From NCBI GenBank assembly GCA_012295275.1, contig CM022666.1:15748001-15812000 (forward strand): 64,000 nt of DNA, written 5' to 3'. Shown piece after piece: positions 62,165 to 64,000 of this stretch. The notes under the pieces are model-generated. The model searched no databases and was not told the DNA's origin. It saw nothing but the letters and a program-made list of their open reading frames with translations. The position numbers and the translations under genes were made by a program. Numbering within the stretch: the stretch's first letter is position 1; each line of letters opens with the position of its first letter. Source of the DNA: Chrysomallon squamiferum. Taxonomy: Eukaryota; Animalia; Mollusca.

Positions 62165-64000
62165 TCTCTCTAACACAGACAAATATTTTATATTTACAGC
62201 CAGTGTCTTTTCTCTCTAACACAGACAAATATTTTATATTTACAGCCAGTGTCTTTTCTCTCTAACACAGACAAATATTTTATACTTACAGCCAGTGTGT
62301 TTTGTATTTTATACTTACAGCCAGTGTGTTTTGTATCTAACAGACAAATATTTTATATTTACAGCCAGTGTCTTTTCTCTCTAACACAGACAAATATTTT
62401 ATACTTACAGCTAGTGTTTTGTATCTAACACAGATAAATATTTTATGCTTACAGCCAGTGTGTTTTGTATCTAACACAGATAAATATTTTATATTTACAG
62501 CCAGTGTGTTTTCTCTCTAACACAGACAAATATTTTATACTTACAGCCAGTGTGTTTTGTATCTAACACAGACAAATGTTTTATACTTACAGCCAGTGTG
62601 TTTTGTATCTAACACAGACAAATATTTTATATTTACAGCCAGTGTGTTTTGTATCTAACACAGATAAATATTTTATACTTACAGCCAGTGTGTTTTGTAT
62701 CTAACACAGATAAATATTTCATACTTACAGCCAGTGTGTTTTGTACATAACGGATAAATATTTTATACTTACAGCCAGTGTGTTTTGTATTTTATACTCA
62801 CAGCCAGTGTGTTTTGTATTCTATACTTACAGCCAGTGTGTTTTGTATTTTATACTCACAGCCAGTGTGTTTTGTATTTTATACTCACAGCCAGTGTGTT
62901 TTGTATTTTATAATTACAGCCAGTGTGTTTTGTATTTTATACTCACAGCTAGTGTGTTTTGTATTTTATACTCACAGCTAGTGTGTTTTGTATTTTATAC
63001 TCACAGCTAGTGTGTTTTGTATTTTATAATTACAGCCAGTGTGTTTTGTATTTTATACTTACAGCCAATGTGTTTTGTATTTTATACTTACAGCCAGTGT
63101 GTTTTGTATCTTATACTTACAGCCAGTGTGTTTTGTATTTTATACTTACAGCCAGTGTGTTTTGTATTCTATACTTACAGCCAGTGTTTCACGTAGAGGT
63201 CTGATTTCTTTCAGTACTGGGGCCAGTGTGTTTTGTATTCTATACTTACAGCCCACGTAGAGGTCTGATTGTTTTCAGTATTGGGGCCAGTGTGTTTTAT
63301 TCTATACTTACAGCCAGTGTTTCATGTGAGGTCTGATTTCTTTCAGTACTGGGGCCAGTGTGTTTTGTATTCTATACTTACAGCCAGTGTTTTGTAGAGG
63401 TCTGATTTCTTTCAGTACTGGGGCCAGTGTGTTTTGTATTCTATACTCACAGCCAGTGTTTCACGTAGAGGTCTGATTTCTTTCAGTACTGGGGCCAGTG
63501 TGTTTTGTATTCTATACTCACGTAGAGGTCTGATTTCTTTCAGTACTGGGGCCAGTGTGTTTTGTATTCTATACTCACAGCCAGTGTTTCACGTAGAGGT
63601 CTGATTTCTTTCAGTACTGGGGCCAGTGTGTTTTGTATTCTATACTCACAGCCAGTGTTTCACGTAGAGGTCTGATTTCTTTCAGGACTGGGGCCAGTGT
63701 GTTTTGTATTCTATACTCACAGCCAGTGTTTTAGAGGTCTGATTTCTTTCAGTACTGGGGCCAGTGTGTTTTGTATTCTATACTCACAGCCAGTGTTTCA
63801 ACGTAGAGGTCTGATTTCTTTCAGTACTGGGGCCAGTGTGTTTTGTATTCTATACTCACAGCCAGTGTTTCACGTAGAGGTCTGATTTCTTTCAGTACTG
63901 GGGCCAGTGTGTTTTGTATTCTATACTGGGGCCAGTGTGTTTTGTATTCTATACTTACAGCCAGTGTTTCACGTAGAGGTCTGATTTCTTTCAGTACTGG
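62165..64000. repeat. Composite minisatellite in IFT81 intron (~46-bp, 29-bp and 71-bp units sharing the core CAGCCAGTGTGTTTTGTAT..ATACT(T/C)A)
   Basis: Unit length changes along the array; 12 copies of AGGTCTGATT-containing ~71-bp units from ~63180 onward. Confidence 0.92.
63959..64000 (-). CDS. IFT81: Possible true 3' end of the preceding IFT81 exon (PVLKEIRPLRETLA|gtaagt), or another satellite copy of it
   Basis: Joins in phase 0 to [10 protein letters not shown] at 61733; cannot be told apart from the 11 other copies because the window ends here. Confidence 0.4.

Noticed and set aside
62165-64000. CRISPR-like repeat array
   Set aside because: Eukaryotic intron; no unique spacers, units are contiguous tandem variants derived from the IFT81 exon/intron junction; no cas genes.

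Overview
AT-rich, microsatellite-dense eukaryotic (invertebrate, probably molluscan/lophotrochozoan - inference) genomic DNA containing three intron-containing genes; most ORFs in the supplied track are microsatellite artefacts. (1) + strand, 60-28436: the 3' part (~2,500 codons, 49 exons; N-terminus lies upstream of the window) of a giant mucin-like protein made of at least 16 tandem 3-exon SEA-like modules with Thr/Ser/Pro linkers, ending in one chitin-binding type-2 (CBM14/peritrophin-A) domain. (2) - strand, 52649-32635: a 9-exon, ~765-aa type II membrane protein (Ser/Arg-rich cytoplasmic tail, signal-anchor, one SEA-like domain with the same exon sizes and phases as gene 1, four CBM14 domains), tail-to-tail with gene 1. 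(3) - strand, 64000-60616: the last exons of IFT81, with an intronic minisatellite built from amplified copies of its own exon end and splice donor. Main points of interest: the related SEA+chitin-binding gene pair with reciprocal domain expansion, a 5'-to-3' homogenisation gradient across the modules, three +1 frameshifts that all sit in a C-CGT context, one AT (non-GT) splice donor, and the exon-derived IFT81 minisatellite.
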